Assembly (NCBI GenBank): GCA_963782115.1
Contig: CAWAIK010000003.1
Coordinates: 192,001-256,000, forward strand
Direction: 5' to 3'
DNA from: an uncultured Verrucomicrobiae bacterium
GTDB lineage: Bacteria; Verrucomicrobiota; Verrucomicrobiia; Chthoniobacterales; JAFAMB01
Length of the DNA stretch: 64,000 nucleotides
Shown here: positions 40,237 through 51,591 of the stretch, one piece after another
Layout: every line of letters starts with the position of its first letter
Position numbering within the stretch: the first letter of the stretch is position 1
Notes under the pieces: model-generated
Database searches by the model: none
What the model was told of the DNA's origin: nothing
What the model saw: only the letters and a program-made list of their open reading frames with translations
Translations under genes and position numbers: made by a program

Positions 40237-40776
40237 ATGTCAAACTCGATCCTCATCATGGATGGCAACGCGATGACGCGTGCTTTGCGCCGTATCGCTC
40301 ATGAAATCCTGGAACACAATCCGGATCCTGGTGCTTTTGCCCTAATCGGAATTCCATCGCGCGGAGTCGAACTGGCTCGCCGTCTGGCAGATTTGATCAA
40401 AGCCACAGAGGGGAGGAAGCCGGAGTTGGGCTCAATCGACATTTCGATGCATCGAGACGATCTGAGCCTTCGGTACACGCTCACCTCCGTTCAAGAGACC
40501 AATCTGCCGCTTCGCCTTGAAGAATACACCCTCGTTCTGGTTGACGACGTTCTTTACACCGGCCGTACGTGCCGAGCGGCAATGGATGCCATCAGCTCTT
40601 TTGGGCGTCCGGCGCGGATCCAGTTCGCGGTACTCCTGGATCGAGGCCATAGGGAGTTACCGATTCGGCCGGACTATGTAGGGAAGAATCTTCCCACTTC
40701 GCGTGAAGAGCGGGTGAAAGTACGCCTTCAGAACGTCGACGCAGAACCAGATTCAGTCCGCCTCGAGAGGCCATGA
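40237..40776 (+). CDS. pyrR: PyrR regulator / uracil phosphoribosyltransferase
   Basis: [19 protein letters not shown] and [17 protein letters not shown] motifs. Confidence 0.96.
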   Translation: MSNSILIMDGNAMTRALRRIAHEILEHNPDPGAFALIGIPSRGVELARRLADLIKATEGRKPELGSIDISMHRDDLSLRYTLTSVQETNLPLRLEEYTLVLVDDVLYTGRTCRAAMDAISSFGRPARIQFAVLLDRGHRELPIRPDYVGKNLPTSREERVKVRLQNVDAEPDSVRLERP

Positions 40777-41750
40777 AGACAGCCGACCCCAAACCAGCGA
40801 GAGACCTTCCGCAAACCAAGAACTGGCACCGGAAAGACCTGCTCGGGATCCGAGAATTGGAACTGAGTGAGATTGAAACACTCCTGGACACTGCGGCCGC
40901 CTTCAAGACGGTGGGCTCGCGAGATATAAAAAAGGTTCCGGCCTTGCGCGGGAAAACAATGGTCAACTTTTTCGTCGAACCGAGTACGCGTACTCGGACT
41001 TCATTCGAACTGGCGGCCTTTCGGCTCAGCGCCGACGTCGTGAATATCTCAGCGACGACGTCCAGTCTGCAAAAGGGCGAAACGCTCAAGGATACCGCGC
41101 TCAATCTTCAGGCATTGTATGCTGACATCATCGTCTTGCGTCACAGCTCGGCGGGTGCACCAAAGTTTCTCGCTGAACGGCTCGATTCCAGCATTGTCAA
41201 CGCCGGAGATGGGGCCCATGAACATCCCACTCAAGCGCTCCTGGACGTTTTTACGATTCGAGAGCAATTGGGAAGGATCGAGGGTCTGAAGGTTGCGATT
41301 GTTGGAGACATTCTTTTCAGCAGGGTGGCACGATCGGACATCTGGGCGCTCAAAAAGCTAGGAGCGGAGGTCACGTTAGTGGGCCCGAGCACTCTTGTAC
41401 CACGTTCCTTCGAGAAGATGGGCGTCGAGGTGGCGCGTCATATCGACGATATCCTGGAATCTGCCGACGTTATTAACCTGTTGCGAATTCAGCACGAACG
41501 CCAGCGTAAGGAATATTTCCCGAACCTGAACGAGTACGTTCGATTCTTCGGCCTGACCAAGACGAGGGCGACGAAACTCAAACCGAGCTGTCTCGTTATG
41601 CACCCGGGACCAATCAATCGAGGCGTCGAGATCGACAGCGACGTCGCCGACGGTCCGCAAAGCGTCATCCTGGACCAAGTTACAAACGGACTCGCGGTGC
41701 GCATGGCAGTCCTCTACTTGTGCAGCACCGCGTCTAGAAAGGTTCGATGA
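40773..41750 (+). CDS. pyrB: Aspartate carbamoyltransferase
   Basis: [24 protein letters not shown] and HPGPINRG motifs. Confidence 0.97.
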   Translation: MKTADPKPARDLPQTKNWHRKDLLGIRELELSEIETLLDTAAAFKTVGSRDIKKVPALRGKTMVNFFVEPSTRTRTSFELAAFRLSADVVNISATTSSLQKGETLKDTALNLQALYADIIVLRHSSAGAPKFLAERLDSSIVNAGDGAHEHPTQALLDVFTIREQLGRIEGLKVAIVGDILFSRVARSDIWALKKLGAEVTLVGPSTLVPRSFEKMGVEVARHIDDILESADVINLLRIQHERQRKEYFPNLNEYVRFFGLTKTRATKLKPSCLVMHPGPINRGVEIDSDVADGPQSVILDQVTNGLAVRMAVLYLCSTASRKVR

Positions 41751-43018
41751 TGGACCTGATCATCAAGAACGGCCGAATCATCGACCCGTCGATCAACCGG
41801 GATGAGATTGCCGATCTTTATGTTGTCGATGGCCGGATATCTGCACAACCGCCGGGCGGTGAATGCGAAGTCATCGATGCGCGCCATCTGGTCGTGGCAC
41901 CAGGGCTCATCGACATCCATGTTCACCTGCGCGAACCGGGCCAATCTCACAAGGAAACAATCGAGACCGGAACTCAGGCAGCGGCAGCCGGCGGTTTTTC
42001 ATCAGTTGTCTGCATGCCAAACACCGATCCACCGGCGGATAGCGCAAGCACAATCACCTGGATCACAGATCGCACGCGCGAATGCGCTTTGGTCAACGTG
42101 TTCCCGACCGGGGCGATCACCAAGAGCCTGAACGGCGAAGAGATGGCTCCTATCGGGTCGATGGTTCAAGCCGGTATCGTTGCGATTACTGACGATGGTC
42201 ATTGCGTTCAAAATCATGAAGTGATGCGACGCGCAGTTGAGTACGCGCGAATGTTTGACCTTGCCGTCATGGACCATTGCCAGGATTACAACATGGTGGG
42301 CGGCGGGGTGATGCACGAGGGGTACTGGAGCACCGTGCTTGGCCTGGCCGGCTGGCCGCGAACTGCGGAGGAACTGGTCGTTGCCAGAAATATTCTTCTC
42401 GCGGAACTCTGCAATACTCGCATCCATTGTCAGCATCTTAGTTCCGGCGGCAGCGTCCGGTTGCTTAGAGACGCCCGAGCCCGCGGGATCCCGGTGACCG
42501 GCGAACTTTGTCCTCATCACATTGCGCTCACCGACGAATATGTCAGCTCTTTTGATACCAACTACAAAATGAATCCGCCACTTCGGGCCCGCGAAGATGT
42601 CGAAGCATTGATCGAAGGTGTGGCAGATGGCACCATCACTCTTCTTGGAAGCGACCATGCACCGCACGCGTTCTTCGAAAAAGAGGTGGAATTTGACCGA
42701 GCTCCCTTTGGCATCCTTGGTTTGGAAACAGAACTGGCGCTGTTTCTCACGATCCTCGTTCATCGCACCAAGGCGATCGATCTCAATCGGCTGATTACGA
42801 TGTACACCGTGAATCCGGCGACACTGGTGCGCTTGCCAAAAGCAACGCTAGGCACCGGTGCAGATGCGGACATTACCATTATTGATCCTGATTTGGAATG
42901 GACGTTCCGCAAAAAGGACTCATTTTCGCGCTCGCGCAACACGCCGTTCGACGGCTGGGAACTGAAAGGACGGGCTGTCCGCACGATCGTCGCCGGAAAG
43001 ACGATTTGGAGCGTCTAG
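41747..43018 (+). CDS. pyrC: Dihydroorotase
   Basis: [21 protein letters not shown] and SDHAPH motifs. Confidence 0.95.
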   Translation: MMDLIIKNGRIIDPSINRDEIADLYVVDGRISAQPPGGECEVIDARHLVVAPGLIDIHVHLREPGQSHKETIETGTQAAAAGGFSSVVCMPNTDPPADSASTITWITDRTRECALVNVFPTGAITKSLNGEEMAPIGSMVQAGIVAITDDGHCVQNHEVMRRAVEYARMFDLAVMDHCQDYNMVGGGVMHEGYWSTVLGLAGWPRTAEELVVARNILLAELCNTRIHCQHLSSGGSVRLLRDARARGIPVTGELCPHHIALTDEYVSSFDTNYKMNPPLRAREDVEALIEGVADGTITLLGSDHAPHAFFEKEVEFDRAPFGILGLETELALFLTILVHRTKAIDLNRLITMYTVNPATLVRLPKATLGTGADADITIIDPDLEWTFRKKDSFSRSRNTPFDGWELKGRAVRTIVAGKTIWSV

Positions 43019-43048
43019 GGACCGATATCCCGACACGTGATTCGGTCC

Positions 43049-44011
43049 TTATTGTGGCGCCGGAGTGACAGGTACAGGCTGATTGTACGGATCCCGCGGT
43101 TCCACGGGTCGGCTGTATGGATCCGAGTATTGCTCCTGCTGGTCGCTGTCATCGTCCTGGTTATGCTTTGAATCTATCGTTCTGTGCCCGGTAAATTTTT
43201 CCTGGAACCATCCGCCGACAGTTTGGAACGCATGGGTGGTTTTGTGAACCACGGTCTCGCCGAACTGCACCACCGAGGAACCATATCGGTTTACGCGCTG
43301 AGCAACGGTTTCTCCGGTGTGTGCGTCAGAATCCTCTTCCGAAGAAGCATTCTTCTGATCCTGGTATACGGGCTGGCGGTAGTCCGCCGGAGGGTTGACA
43401 TCTGCGTTCGGAGGAGGCGGTGGTCCGGATAAGGCCTCCGAATCCGATTGTCGCCGCGCCTGTTGACGGACCTCTCGACCTTCCGAAACCCAGTTGCCGG
43501 CGCTGAGTAGTGTCCCGTTGCTCGCCGCAATCCGGACGGTCCCTACCGGGCGTTGCTCATAGTCAAACATCTCTACAATCCAGACCGGCTGCCGGGAAGC
43601 GCCATCCACAGCAAGGCGATAATTCAGACTGTCGAAACCGACTTGATTGCGGCTAGCCTCCTTTTCAGCGGTCCGAAAAGCTCCGTCTGAATCCAGGTTC
43701 AACTTTGTTAGATCAATTGGAGCTGATCCTGGTGCGGGAGGCCGAACCGGAGTCCGCTCAGACGAGATCTGACCGGCTACGATATCCAATTCACGCTGGC
43801 CGCCGCGCGCCGCAGGGTCATCGAGCGTTATACGCCAAGCGACCGGTTGTGGTCTACCCGACTGACCAACGATCGCTGTGACCTGATTCAAAGCCTTTTC
43901 GCCGCGCTGTGCCCCCAGCGCCCGCAACGCCTTATAAGCAGTATCCTGTGCTGAAACGAAACCGGGTGCGAATGCAACCGCCATTAGCAGAACGAACGAC
44001 CAACGCTTCAT
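43049..44011 (-). CDS. Secreted hypothetical protein with PepSY-like domain(s) and low-complexity tail
   Basis: Signal peptide; LDSDGAF..A...PVW.V.....G.VRI.A.NG pattern; P/Q/D-rich C-terminus. Confidence 0.6.
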   Translation of the reverse strand: MKRWSFVLLMAVAFAPGFVSAQDTAYKALRALGAQRGEKALNQVTAIVGQSGRPQPVAWRITLDDPAARGGQRELDIVAGQISSERTPVRPPAPGSAPIDLTKLNLDSDGAFRTAEKEASRNQVGFDSLNYRLAVDGASRQPVWIVEMFDYEQRPVGTVRIAASNGTLLSAGNWVSEGREVRQQARRQSDSEALSGPPPPPNADVNPPADYRQPVYQDQKNASSEEDSDAHTGETVAQRVNRYGSSVVQFGETVVHKTTHAFQTVGGWFQEKFTGHRTIDSKHNQDDDSDQQEQYSDPYSRPVEPRDPYNQPVPVTPAPQ

Positions 44012-44283
44012 TAAGAGTTTTCCTCTTTCTACGTACGTTTACTGGTTTGTGCAACACAAGAGCTCTGTGAAAAGAAACTTTAGATAATCACCGCGCAGCA
44101 GACGCAGTGGATCGGAACGAAGCGGGCGGCGTTCCCTCGCTAAGAAAACCCTTTGCTTTCTAAACTGGATATTCAATGGCAGGTTTTTCTCCCTGAGCTC
44201 GGGAAACGAAAAGAGGCAACCGGCTGCACGTCTCTTAATGCACTTGAACCGCGTCATGTAAAATAGTCTTCTTAACGTCTGTC

Positions 44284-45654
44284 ATGCCTGTTCCACGCGT
44301 GTTAATTGCCGACGATCAGCCGGAAGTCTTGAAAGCTCTTTCGTTCATTTGTTCGGCGGAAGGTTATCAAACGGTTACGGTCAATTCGCCAGCCGCAGTT
44401 CTGGCAAAACTCGGGAAGGAAGATTTTGACGTCGTTTTGATAGATCTAAACTATCGTCAAGACATCGAGACCGGAAAAGAAGGTCTGGATTTGCTCAAAC
44501 AGATTTCCGCAATCGATTCTTCTTTACCCGTGGTGGTGATGACAGCCTATGCGTCTATCCAACTCGCCGTTGAGGCGGTTCGCCTTGGTGCCAAGGATTT
44601 CCTGCAGAAGCCTTGGGAAAACGAACGACTCCTTTCCATTCTGCGTACCCAATTCGCCTTGCGCGAGGCGCTTCGCGGCAAAGAACGCCTTGAAGCCGAG
44701 AACAGCGCGTTACGATCTTCTCAGGTGCCTTTGGCTGGATTTGTTGCCACCTCTTCCGCGATGCGACAGGTCCGGGAAATGGTTGAACAAGTGGCGCCGT
44801 CGGATGCGAACGTCATGATCACCGGGGAAAATGGCACAGGGAAAGGTGTATTGGCTCGAATGCTGCACCAGTTGTCTTTGCGTTCTGCCCAGCCATTGAT
44901 CACGGTGAATATGGGAGGGCTGCCCGAAGGCGTTTTCGAAAGCGAAATGTTCGGCCACGTGAAAGGCGCGTTCACTGACGCTCGCGTCGATCGTGCGGGC
45001 AGGTTCGAGCTGGCAGATAACGGAACTTTGTTCCTGGATGAAATCGCCAACCTCACCGCGACACAGCAGGCAAAGCTCCTGCGCGTGCTAGAGACGGGAG
45101 AGTTTGAGAGAGTCGGCTCTTCAAAGACACGTTGTGCGGACGTGCGAATCCTGACTGCCACCAACGCGGACCTGCAAAAGGAGATCGAGAGCAGCAGATT
45201 TCGCGAAGACCTTTTCTTTCGGCTTAACACCATCCAGATACATTTGCCGCCTCTTCGGGAACGAAGTGACGATATCCCGTTTTTGGCCGGCGAATTCCTG
45301 GCAGAGTTGAAGCAGCGATACCGCAAACAGATCCATGGATTTCATCCCGATGCGGTCACCGCCCTGAAGGCCTATGCTTGGCCGGGAAATATACGCGAGT
45401 TACGTCACGTGATGGAGCGCGCGGTGCTGCTGACGCGCTCCGAGATGATCCAGGTACCGGATCTTGGCATTCGCGGGACGCCTGCCAAAGCGCCGCAACT
45501 CGAAGAAATGAATCTTGAAGCGGCCGAACTCTTCCTGATCAACCGTGCGCTTGCTCGGCACAACGGAAATGCTCTCCTTGCGGCCAAAGATCTTGGGCTC
45601 AGCCGAAGCGCCTTTTACCGTCGTCTGCAGAAATTTGGCATCAGCGAGCCATAG
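44284..45654 (+). CDS. Sigma-54-dependent NtrC-family response regulator
   Basis: Receiver domain (ADD, IDLNY, KPW), GENGTGK, ESEMFGH.KGAFTDA, WPGNIREL and C-terminal Fis HTH. Confidence 0.93.
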   Translation: MPVPRVLIADDQPEVLKALSFICSAEGYQTVTVNSPAAVLAKLGKEDFDVVLIDLNYRQDIETGKEGLDLLKQISAIDSSLPVVVMTAYASIQLAVEAVRLGAKDFLQKPWENERLLSILRTQFALREALRGKERLEAENSALRSSQVPLAGFVATSSAMRQVREMVEQVAPSDANVMITGENGTGKGVLARMLHQLSLRSAQPLITVNMGGLPEGVFESEMFGHVKGAFTDARVDRAGRFELADNGTLFLDEIANLTATQQAKLLRVLETGEFERVGSSKTRCADVRILTATNADLQKEIESSRFREDLFFRLNTIQIHLPPLRERSDDIPFLAGEFLAELKQRYRKQIHGFHPDAVTALKAYAWPGNIRELRHVMERAVLLTRSEMIQVPDLGIRGTPAKAPQLEEMNLEAAELFLINRALARHNGNALLAAKDLGLSRSAFYRRLQKFGISEP

Positions 45655-45767
45655 CAGAGTCTCGGCAGGCAGTCGACACGCCGACACGCTTCCCCCCGGG
45701 CTCCGCCAAAAGCACTAGTCGTCGGTGGACTCTTATGCTTTGGTGACTGTTTACCGGTATTCAACCG

Positions 45768-48665
45768 ATGGCTGCTGAGACGATTCGCATAATTGGCGCC
45801 CGCCAACACAATCTTAAGAACGTCAGTGTCGAGTTTCCTCGCGAACGACTGGTCGTTTTCACCGGCATGAGTGGGTCGGGCAAATCTTCGCTCGCGTTCG
45901 ACACTCTCTATGCGGAAGGTCAGCGCCGCTACGTCGAAAGCTTGTCGGCTTACGCGCGGCAGTTCCTTGACCAGATGGAGAAGCCGGACGTCGATTTCAT
46001 TGAAGGGCTTTCGCCGGCAATTGCCATCGAACAAAGGAGTTCCGTCGCCAATCCTCGTTCAACTATTGCGACCACGACAGAAATTTACGACTATCTCCGG
46101 GTTCTGTTTGCCGTCATTGGACAGCCTCATGATCCGGCCACTGGAGAAAGGATTTTCAAGCAAACGCCCCAACAAATTGTCGACCAGATCCTGGCATACC
46201 CGGAAGAAACGCGGATTTTGATCATCGCACCGGTAATCCGGCACGAACCGGGAGAATTCCGGGACGTGCTCGAAAAGATCAAGCGAGAAGGCTTTGTCCG
46301 GGTCCGGATTGATGGAGAAGTTCTGGAACTGGCCCGGCCCGAACCGATCCGCCTGGCTAAGACGCAGCGCCACACAATCGAAATTGTCGTTGACCGTCTT
46401 GTCATCCGTGAGGGTGTCCGCACCCGGCTTGCAGACTCGGTCGATACCGGCCTTATGTGGGGAAAAAACCGGATTATAGTCAGTCGCCAACGCCCGGATG
46501 ATCCCGCTTGGGATGATGTTCCCTACTCGACTCATTTCTGCAATCCGAGGACCGATTTTCTGTTGCCGGAACTGACGCCGAAACATTTCTCTTTTAACAG
46601 TCTGGCCGGCGCCTGTCCCGAATGCCAGGGGTTAGGATCCGAGGGATATTTCGATCCTGACCTCGTCATTCCGGATCAGACCAGATCTCTCAACGGCGGC
46701 GCGATTGCCCCCTGGCGCAAAGCCACCAAGAGAATGCAGGCCTATTACAACGCGCAACTGAAAGCCTTGGCGAGTTTTTCCGGGATCAGCCTCGAAACTC
46801 CCTACGCCGATCTACCCGCCGGTTTCAAGCAAGCGTTCTTGTACGGCACAGGAGATCGAGCGGTCCAATTCATGTTTGGCGAAAAGATCGTCGCGAGACC
46901 GTTCGAAGGCCTCATCGCGCAACTTGAAAATCTCTTTCGACAGACCGAGAGCGAGTTTACCCGGACGCGGCTCAAAGGCTTCCAGGCGCGTCGAAATTGC
47001 AAGCTCTGCCAAGGAGCGCGGCTGCGTCCTGAAATCCTGGCCGTCACTATCCGCGATCTGAAGGACAAAGAACTGAATATTCACGAATTCTGCGCATTGA
47101 CGATTGAAGAAGCGAAAAGCTTTATCGAGAAAATTCTTCTTTCCAAGCACCAGCGGGCGGTAGCGACAGAAGTGCTGAGAGAAATTCGAAACCGCCTCAC
47201 TTTTCTTGTCGAAGTCGGACTCGGTTACCTGACTATGAACCGGGAAAGCGGCACGCTCTCAGGGGGAGAAGCGCAGCGGATCCGCCTCGGGACGCAGATC
47301 GGTTCTGGGCTGGCAGGCGTTCTCTACGTGCTGGACGAACCGAGCATCGGTCTGCACCAACGCGACAACGACCGACTTCTAGCGACTTTGAAACATTTGC
47401 GCGACCTCGGGAACACAGTCGTTGTCGTCGAACACGATGAAGACACCATTCGCGCAGCCGACTTTATCATTGACCTCGGACCAGGCGCAGGCCCGCGAGG
47501 CGGTCAAGTCGTTGCGAGTGGTTCCATTCACGAGATCGAAGGGAATTCTGAATCGCTGACTGGCCAGTATCTCTCTGGCGTCCTGCGTATCCCGGTACCT
47601 CGCGCCAGAGTTTTGCCAAGAGGCCTTCTCTACAACCGCGATCGCATTCCTGAACCGGGCGCAGACGGTTGGCTTACCATCGTCGGAGCCGCGGAAAATA
47701 ATCTCTGTAATCTGACGGTTTCGTTCCCGTTAGGTTGCCTTGTGTGCGTGACCGGCGTCTCCGGGAGCGGCAAATCGACGCTGGTGGATGACATCCTCAG
47801 AAAAACTTTGTTTCGTCACTTTTACAGATCGAAAGAACGTCCCGGAGCGCATCGTTCGATCGAAGGGATCGATCAGGTCGATAAAGCGATCGTGATTGAT
47901 CAAAGTCCCATCGGCCGCACCCCGCGATCAAATGCCGCCACTTATTCCGGCGCATTTGGACCGATCCGCGAACTTTTCAGTCAATTGCCGGCTTCGCGCG
48001 TCCGCGGCTACGACAGCGGACGATTCAGTTTCAACCTGAAAGGAGGCAGATGCGAAAACTGCCAGGGAGACGGCGTCATTAAGATCGAAATGCATTTTTT
48101 GGCGGACGTCTATGTCGAGTGCGAAATTTGCAGAGGCGCACGGTACAATCGCGAAACATTGGAGATTACCTACCGCGGCAAGAATGTCTCGGATATCTTG
48201 AAAATGTCCGTAGATGAAGCGGCCCGGTTTTTCCGGAATGTGCCGGCAATATTTGATAAGCTTGAACCGCTTGTGGCGGTTGGTCTGGGTTATCTCACCC
48301 TTGGGCAATCCGGCACCCAAATCTCCGGGGGCGAAGCGCAACGCGTTAAGCTCGCGGCGGAACTCGCCAAGAAGGCAACTGGAAGAACCGTCTACATTCT
48401 GGATGAACCCACTACCGGTCTGCATTTCGCCGATATTCAGAAGCTTCTCGAGGTGCTCCTAAAGCTGCGCGACCAGGGAAATACGTTGATTGTCATCGAG
48501 CACAATCTCGAGGTGATTAAATCCGCGGATTGGGTCATCGATCTAGGACCGGAAGGAGGACGGGGTGGAGGTCGAGTTATCGCCCAAGGCACCCCCGAGC
48601 AGGTCGTATTGGTGAAAGCCAGTCATACCGGACGCTATTTGAAGCGAGCCCTTACCCCTGAATGA
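45768..48665 (+). CDS. uvrA: Excinuclease ABC subunit A
   Basis: GARQHNLK, two Walker A motifs (GSGKSS, GSGKST), LSGGEAQR and Cys zinc fingers. Confidence 0.97.
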   Translation: MAAETIRIIGARQHNLKNVSVEFPRERLVVFTGMSGSGKSSLAFDTLYAEGQRRYVESLSAYARQFLDQMEKPDVDFIEGLSPAIAIEQRSSVANPRSTIATTTEIYDYLRVLFAVIGQPHDPATGERIFKQTPQQIVDQILAYPEETRILIIAPVIRHEPGEFRDVLEKIKREGFVRVRIDGEVLELARPEPIRLAKTQRHTIEIVVDRLVIREGVRTRLADSVDTGLMWGKNRIIVSRQRPDDPAWDDVPYSTHFCNPRTDFLLPELTPKHFSFNSLAGACPECQGLGSEGYFDPDLVIPDQTRSLNGGAIAPWRKATKRMQAYYNAQLKALASFSGISLETPYADLPAGFKQAFLYGTGDRAVQFMFGEKIVARPFEGLIAQLENLFRQTESEFTRTRLKGFQARRNCKLCQGARLRPEILAVTIRDLKDKELNIHEFCALTIEEAKSFIEKILLSKHQRAVATEVLREIRNRLTFLVEVGLGYLTMNRESGTLSGGEAQRIRLGTQIGSGLAGVLYVLDEPSIGLHQRDNDRLLATLKHLRDLGNTVVVVEHDEDTIRAADFIIDLGPGAGPRGGQVVASGSIHEIEGNSESLTGQYLSGVLRIPVPRARVLPRGLLYNRDRIPEPGADGWLTIVGAAENNLCNLTVSFPLGCLVCVTGVSGSGKSTLVDDILRKTLFRHFYRSKERPGAHRSIEGIDQVDKAIVIDQSPIGRTPRSNAATYSGAFGPIRELFSQLPASRVRGYDSGRFSFNLKGGRCENCQGDGVIKIEMHFLADVYVECEICRGARYNRETLEITYRGKNVSDILKMSVDEAARFFRNVPAIFDKLEPLVAVGLGYLTLGQSGTQISGGEAQRVKLAAELAKKATGRTVYILDEPTTGLHFADIQKLLEVLLKLRDQGNTLIVIEHNLEVIKSADWVIDLGPEGGRGGGRVIAQGTPEQVVLVKASHTGRYLKRALTPE

Positions 48666-51100
48666 GACTATTTCTGGCAACCCTGATCACGCTCTGCGTC
48701 GCTTGCAGTTCGGTTCGTGCGGATCTACTCGATGATGCAATCCGGGCGCATCGGGCCGGGATACCAGAAGTGTCCATTACAAAGCTCCGCCAATTTCTGG
48801 CAATCCAGCAGACAGAGCCTCGAGCGGAGACCGCAAGGATACTCCTTGCCCGGTGCCTCGTTGAAACCCAGAAGATGGAAGAAGCAAGGCAAGTTCTGGA
48901 AAATGCCACCGGCCCAGAAGCAACTTTTCTGAAAGCTCAAGAGGCTTTGCGCTCCAGACGTTTCAAAGAAGCCGCTGATTATTTCGCGGAACTCACCGGC
49001 TCAACGAACGAGTTTTCGATCGAAGCTCGATTAGGCCTTGCGGATACTCAGAAGGCAAGAGGTGAATTGGAGGCTGCCCTGAAGACCCTCGACCCCTTGA
49101 TTGCGAATGAAGGATCGGCAGATCCGAGAGCGAAATTAATAGCGGCTGAGATATTTCTAACCCAATCGAATTTTTCCGAAGCAGAAAAACTCATTACGGG
49201 TCTGCAAGCCAACTCTCAAAAATACGAGGTGGAAAAAATATGCCTCGAAGGTGAGCTCGCGTTGAAGCAGGGCAGATTGTCAGAAGCCGCTGCCGCCTTC
49301 GGCAAGGTCCTCGAAAAGCCGGAAGATCGGACTTTCCGCATTGTCGCTGTAGCGCGCCTGGGACTAGCTAAAGTCCTCGTTCAAAAACAGGAGTACGAAG
49401 AGGCGGAAAACGAATTGGAAAGATTGATTTCGGACCAGCCGAGAAGCGCGGTTCTCGGTGATTTGTTCCAAAATCTGTTCGAGATTTATTCCAGGGAGAA
49501 CAATCCGGAGACTTCGGAGCTCGCACGCTGGGCCGCAGAAAATCCGGAGACATCCGGGCCGGATCGCCCCGCCTATGCGCTTTACTATCTCATGCGACTG
49601 CAAATTCAGCAGGGGCTGACAAACGAGGCGGCACAGAACTGCCGGAAGCTCGTCGAACGATTCCCAGATCACCCGAGGACGGTCGATGCCTGTCTGCTTC
49701 TGGGGGAGCAGCAAATTGGAGCTGGCCATTTCGACGACGCGCTCAAGCAACTCGAGAATCTTCTTGAGCGGTCCCATAACCTTCCGCCTGAGGACCGCTT
49801 CCGGCTCAACTATCTCATGGGCGAAGCCAATTATCTGCGCGGTAACGTCTCTGCAGCACGAGACATTTTTTATAGTCTATCCACGAAGTTCGGCTACGAT
49901 CGGCAGGATACTCTATTCAATTGGGCGATATGCAGCTTGCAACTCGGCGAAGCATCCTCTTTTGAACACGGGTTCCGCGAGCTTGAGGAACAGAAACCGA
50001 ATGAAGATCTCATCGCAGAGCTTCTTTTTGACAAAGGCTTGCTGGAGGCAAAATCCGGAGATCCCACAGCGGACGAAACGCTTCGAAGCTTCGTAAAACA
50101 ATTCCCGGACGGCCCGCAAACCGCTCAAGCTCACCTTGTTCAGGCTGAGATTCGCATGACCGGGCGACCGCCCGATTTAAACGGGGCGCGCAAAGCGTTG
50201 AGCGAGGTTGCGGCCAGCCGCGATTCGGAGGTTGACGAGAAAGCGGATCGACTCAAATTCTTCGTGGCGGCGTCTGACCTCTCCCAAAACGCGCGCTCGG
50301 TGCAAGCCCTGGCACAAGATTATCTTCAAAAATATCCAGATTCCCCTGCCAAGGCTGAGGTGCGGCTGAAGCTCGGAGAACTCTATTTCAGGGAAAATGA
50401 TTTTCCGAATGCCCAGACACAGTTCGAACTTGTGAGTGAGGATTCCCCTGATTCGCCGCTCGTGGAGACCGCCCTTTTTCTTGCCGGAGAAGCTGCTCGG
50501 AAGAGCCTTAATTCCGCCTCGGTCGATCGCGCCATCTCGCTCTTCGAAGATGTCTACAAGTTGGGCGGGCCACTTAGATTTCAGGCACGCCTTGAGCAGG
50601 CGACGACCATGCGTCAGACGAAGCACGAAAGAGAAGCGATCGTCTTGCTCGACGATCTGCTGACTCAGAATCCGCCGACGGATATCCGCTACCAGGCCCT
50701 CGATGGAAAAGGCGAATCTTTGTTCACGTTGGCAGCAAATGAGCCAAAGATGTATGAGCAAGCGATCACTACATTTGATACCCTCCTCTCGAGTGAAGGG
50801 TTGTCAACGGAGTGGAAGCAGCAAGCTCTCTATCAGAAAGGGAAATGCTTCGAGAAACTGGGCAAACTGGATGAGGCCTTGTCCGATTACTATGATGTGC
50901 TCGCCGCGGAAGGTGGAAGCGACCAGCTGTGGTTTTTCCGGGCCGGGTTTGACGCGGCGCGGATTCTGGAGGACCGGCGCTCGTGGAGTTCTGCTGCCGC
51001 AATTTACGAGAAATTAGCCAACACCCGCGGTGCCCGCTCTGAAGAAGCGAAAAATCGGCTCACTCGCCTGCGGCTAGAACATTTTCTATGGCCCGAATAG
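48662..51100 (+). CDS. Exported TPR-repeat protein
   Basis: Signal peptide, many TPR units (FP.SP...A, A...Y..L), C-terminal LEHFLW; overlaps the uvrA stop. Confidence 0.82.
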   Translation: MRLFLATLITLCVACSSVRADLLDDAIRAHRAGIPEVSITKLRQFLAIQQTEPRAETARILLARCLVETQKMEEARQVLENATGPEATFLKAQEALRSRRFKEAADYFAELTGSTNEFSIEARLGLADTQKARGELEAALKTLDPLIANEGSADPRAKLIAAEIFLTQSNFSEAEKLITGLQANSQKYEVEKICLEGELALKQGRLSEAAAAFGKVLEKPEDRTFRIVAVARLGLAKVLVQKQEYEEAENELERLISDQPRSAVLGDLFQNLFEIYSRENNPETSELARWAAENPETSGPDRPAYALYYLMRLQIQQGLTNEAAQNCRKLVERFPDHPRTVDACLLLGEQQIGAGHFDDALKQLENLLERSHNLPPEDRFRLNYLMGEANYLRGNVSAARDIFYSLSTKFGYDRQDTLFNWAICSLQLGEASSFEHGFRELEEQKPNEDLIAELLFDKGLLEAKSGDPTADETLRSFVKQFPDGPQTAQAHLVQAEIRMTGRPPDLNGARKALSEVAASRDSEVDEKADRLKFFVAASDLSQNARSVQALAQDYLQKYPDSPAKAEVRLKLGELYFRENDFPNAQTQFELVSEDSPDSPLVETALFLAGEAARKSLNSASVDRAISLFEDVYKLGGPLRFQARLEQATTMRQTKHEREAIVLLDDLLTQNPPTDIRYQALDGKGESLFTLAANEPKMYEQAITTFDTLLSSEGLSTEWKQQALYQKGKCFEKLGKLDEALSDYYDVLAAEGGSDQLWFFRAGFDAARILEDRRSWSSAAAIYEKLANTRGARSEEAKNRLTRLRLEHFLWPE

Positions 51101-51110
51101 CAGAGAATCG

Positions 51111-51334
51111 GAGTGATGCAGTGATGCAGTGATGGAGTGATGCAGTGATGGAGTGATGCAGTGATGGAGTGATGCAGTGATGCAGTGATGCAGTGATGCA
51201 GTGATGGAGTGATGGAGTGATGCAGTGATGGAGTGATGCAGTGATGGAGTGATGCAGTGATGGAGTGATGCAGTGATGGAGTGATGGAGTGGTGGAGTGA
51301 TGGAGTAATGGAGTAATGGAGTGGTGGAGTGGTG
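51111..51334. repeat. 28 x 8-bp tandem repeat ([G/C]AGTGATG, degenerating to GAGTAATG/GAGTGGTG)
   Basis: Direct reading and unit count (224 bp). Confidence 0.95.
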
Positions 51335-51591
51335 GGTGGGGGCGAAGGTTTTTAGGCGAAACGTCCCGAATTTGCTCGGCTGCCGAAGAAGCAAAGCGAG
51401 ACGCTTTACTTACAACGGAGAGTAGGTAAGCCGTCCCGGCTTACTTTCCGGGCACCGCGGGCTGAAGAAGTAAGGCAAGACGCTTCGATTACGTTTGGCG
51501 GTCGAGCTGGCGAGCGTGGCGGAAAATTTTTGTGTGGGTCAACCAGAGACTAAAGATGGAAGTGACTAAAAAGGAAGAACAGAGAGAAAGC

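Noticed and set aside
44960..44985. GAFTDA instead of GAFTGA in the sigma-54 activator; no adjacent kinase
   Set aside because: A variant commonly seen in this regulator subfamily; orphan regulators are ordinary.
46115..46565. Degenerate UvrA zinc site (PHDPATG, FCNPRTD)
   Set aside because: The insertion-domain zinc module varies among UvrA proteins; the other Cys fingers are intact.
51111..51334. CRISPR array
   Set aside because: Contiguous 8-bp units with no unique spacers and no cas genes in the window.
51086..51394. His-rich ORF (HHSITASL repeats)
   Set aside because: Just the translation of the octamer repeat; no RBS or family support.
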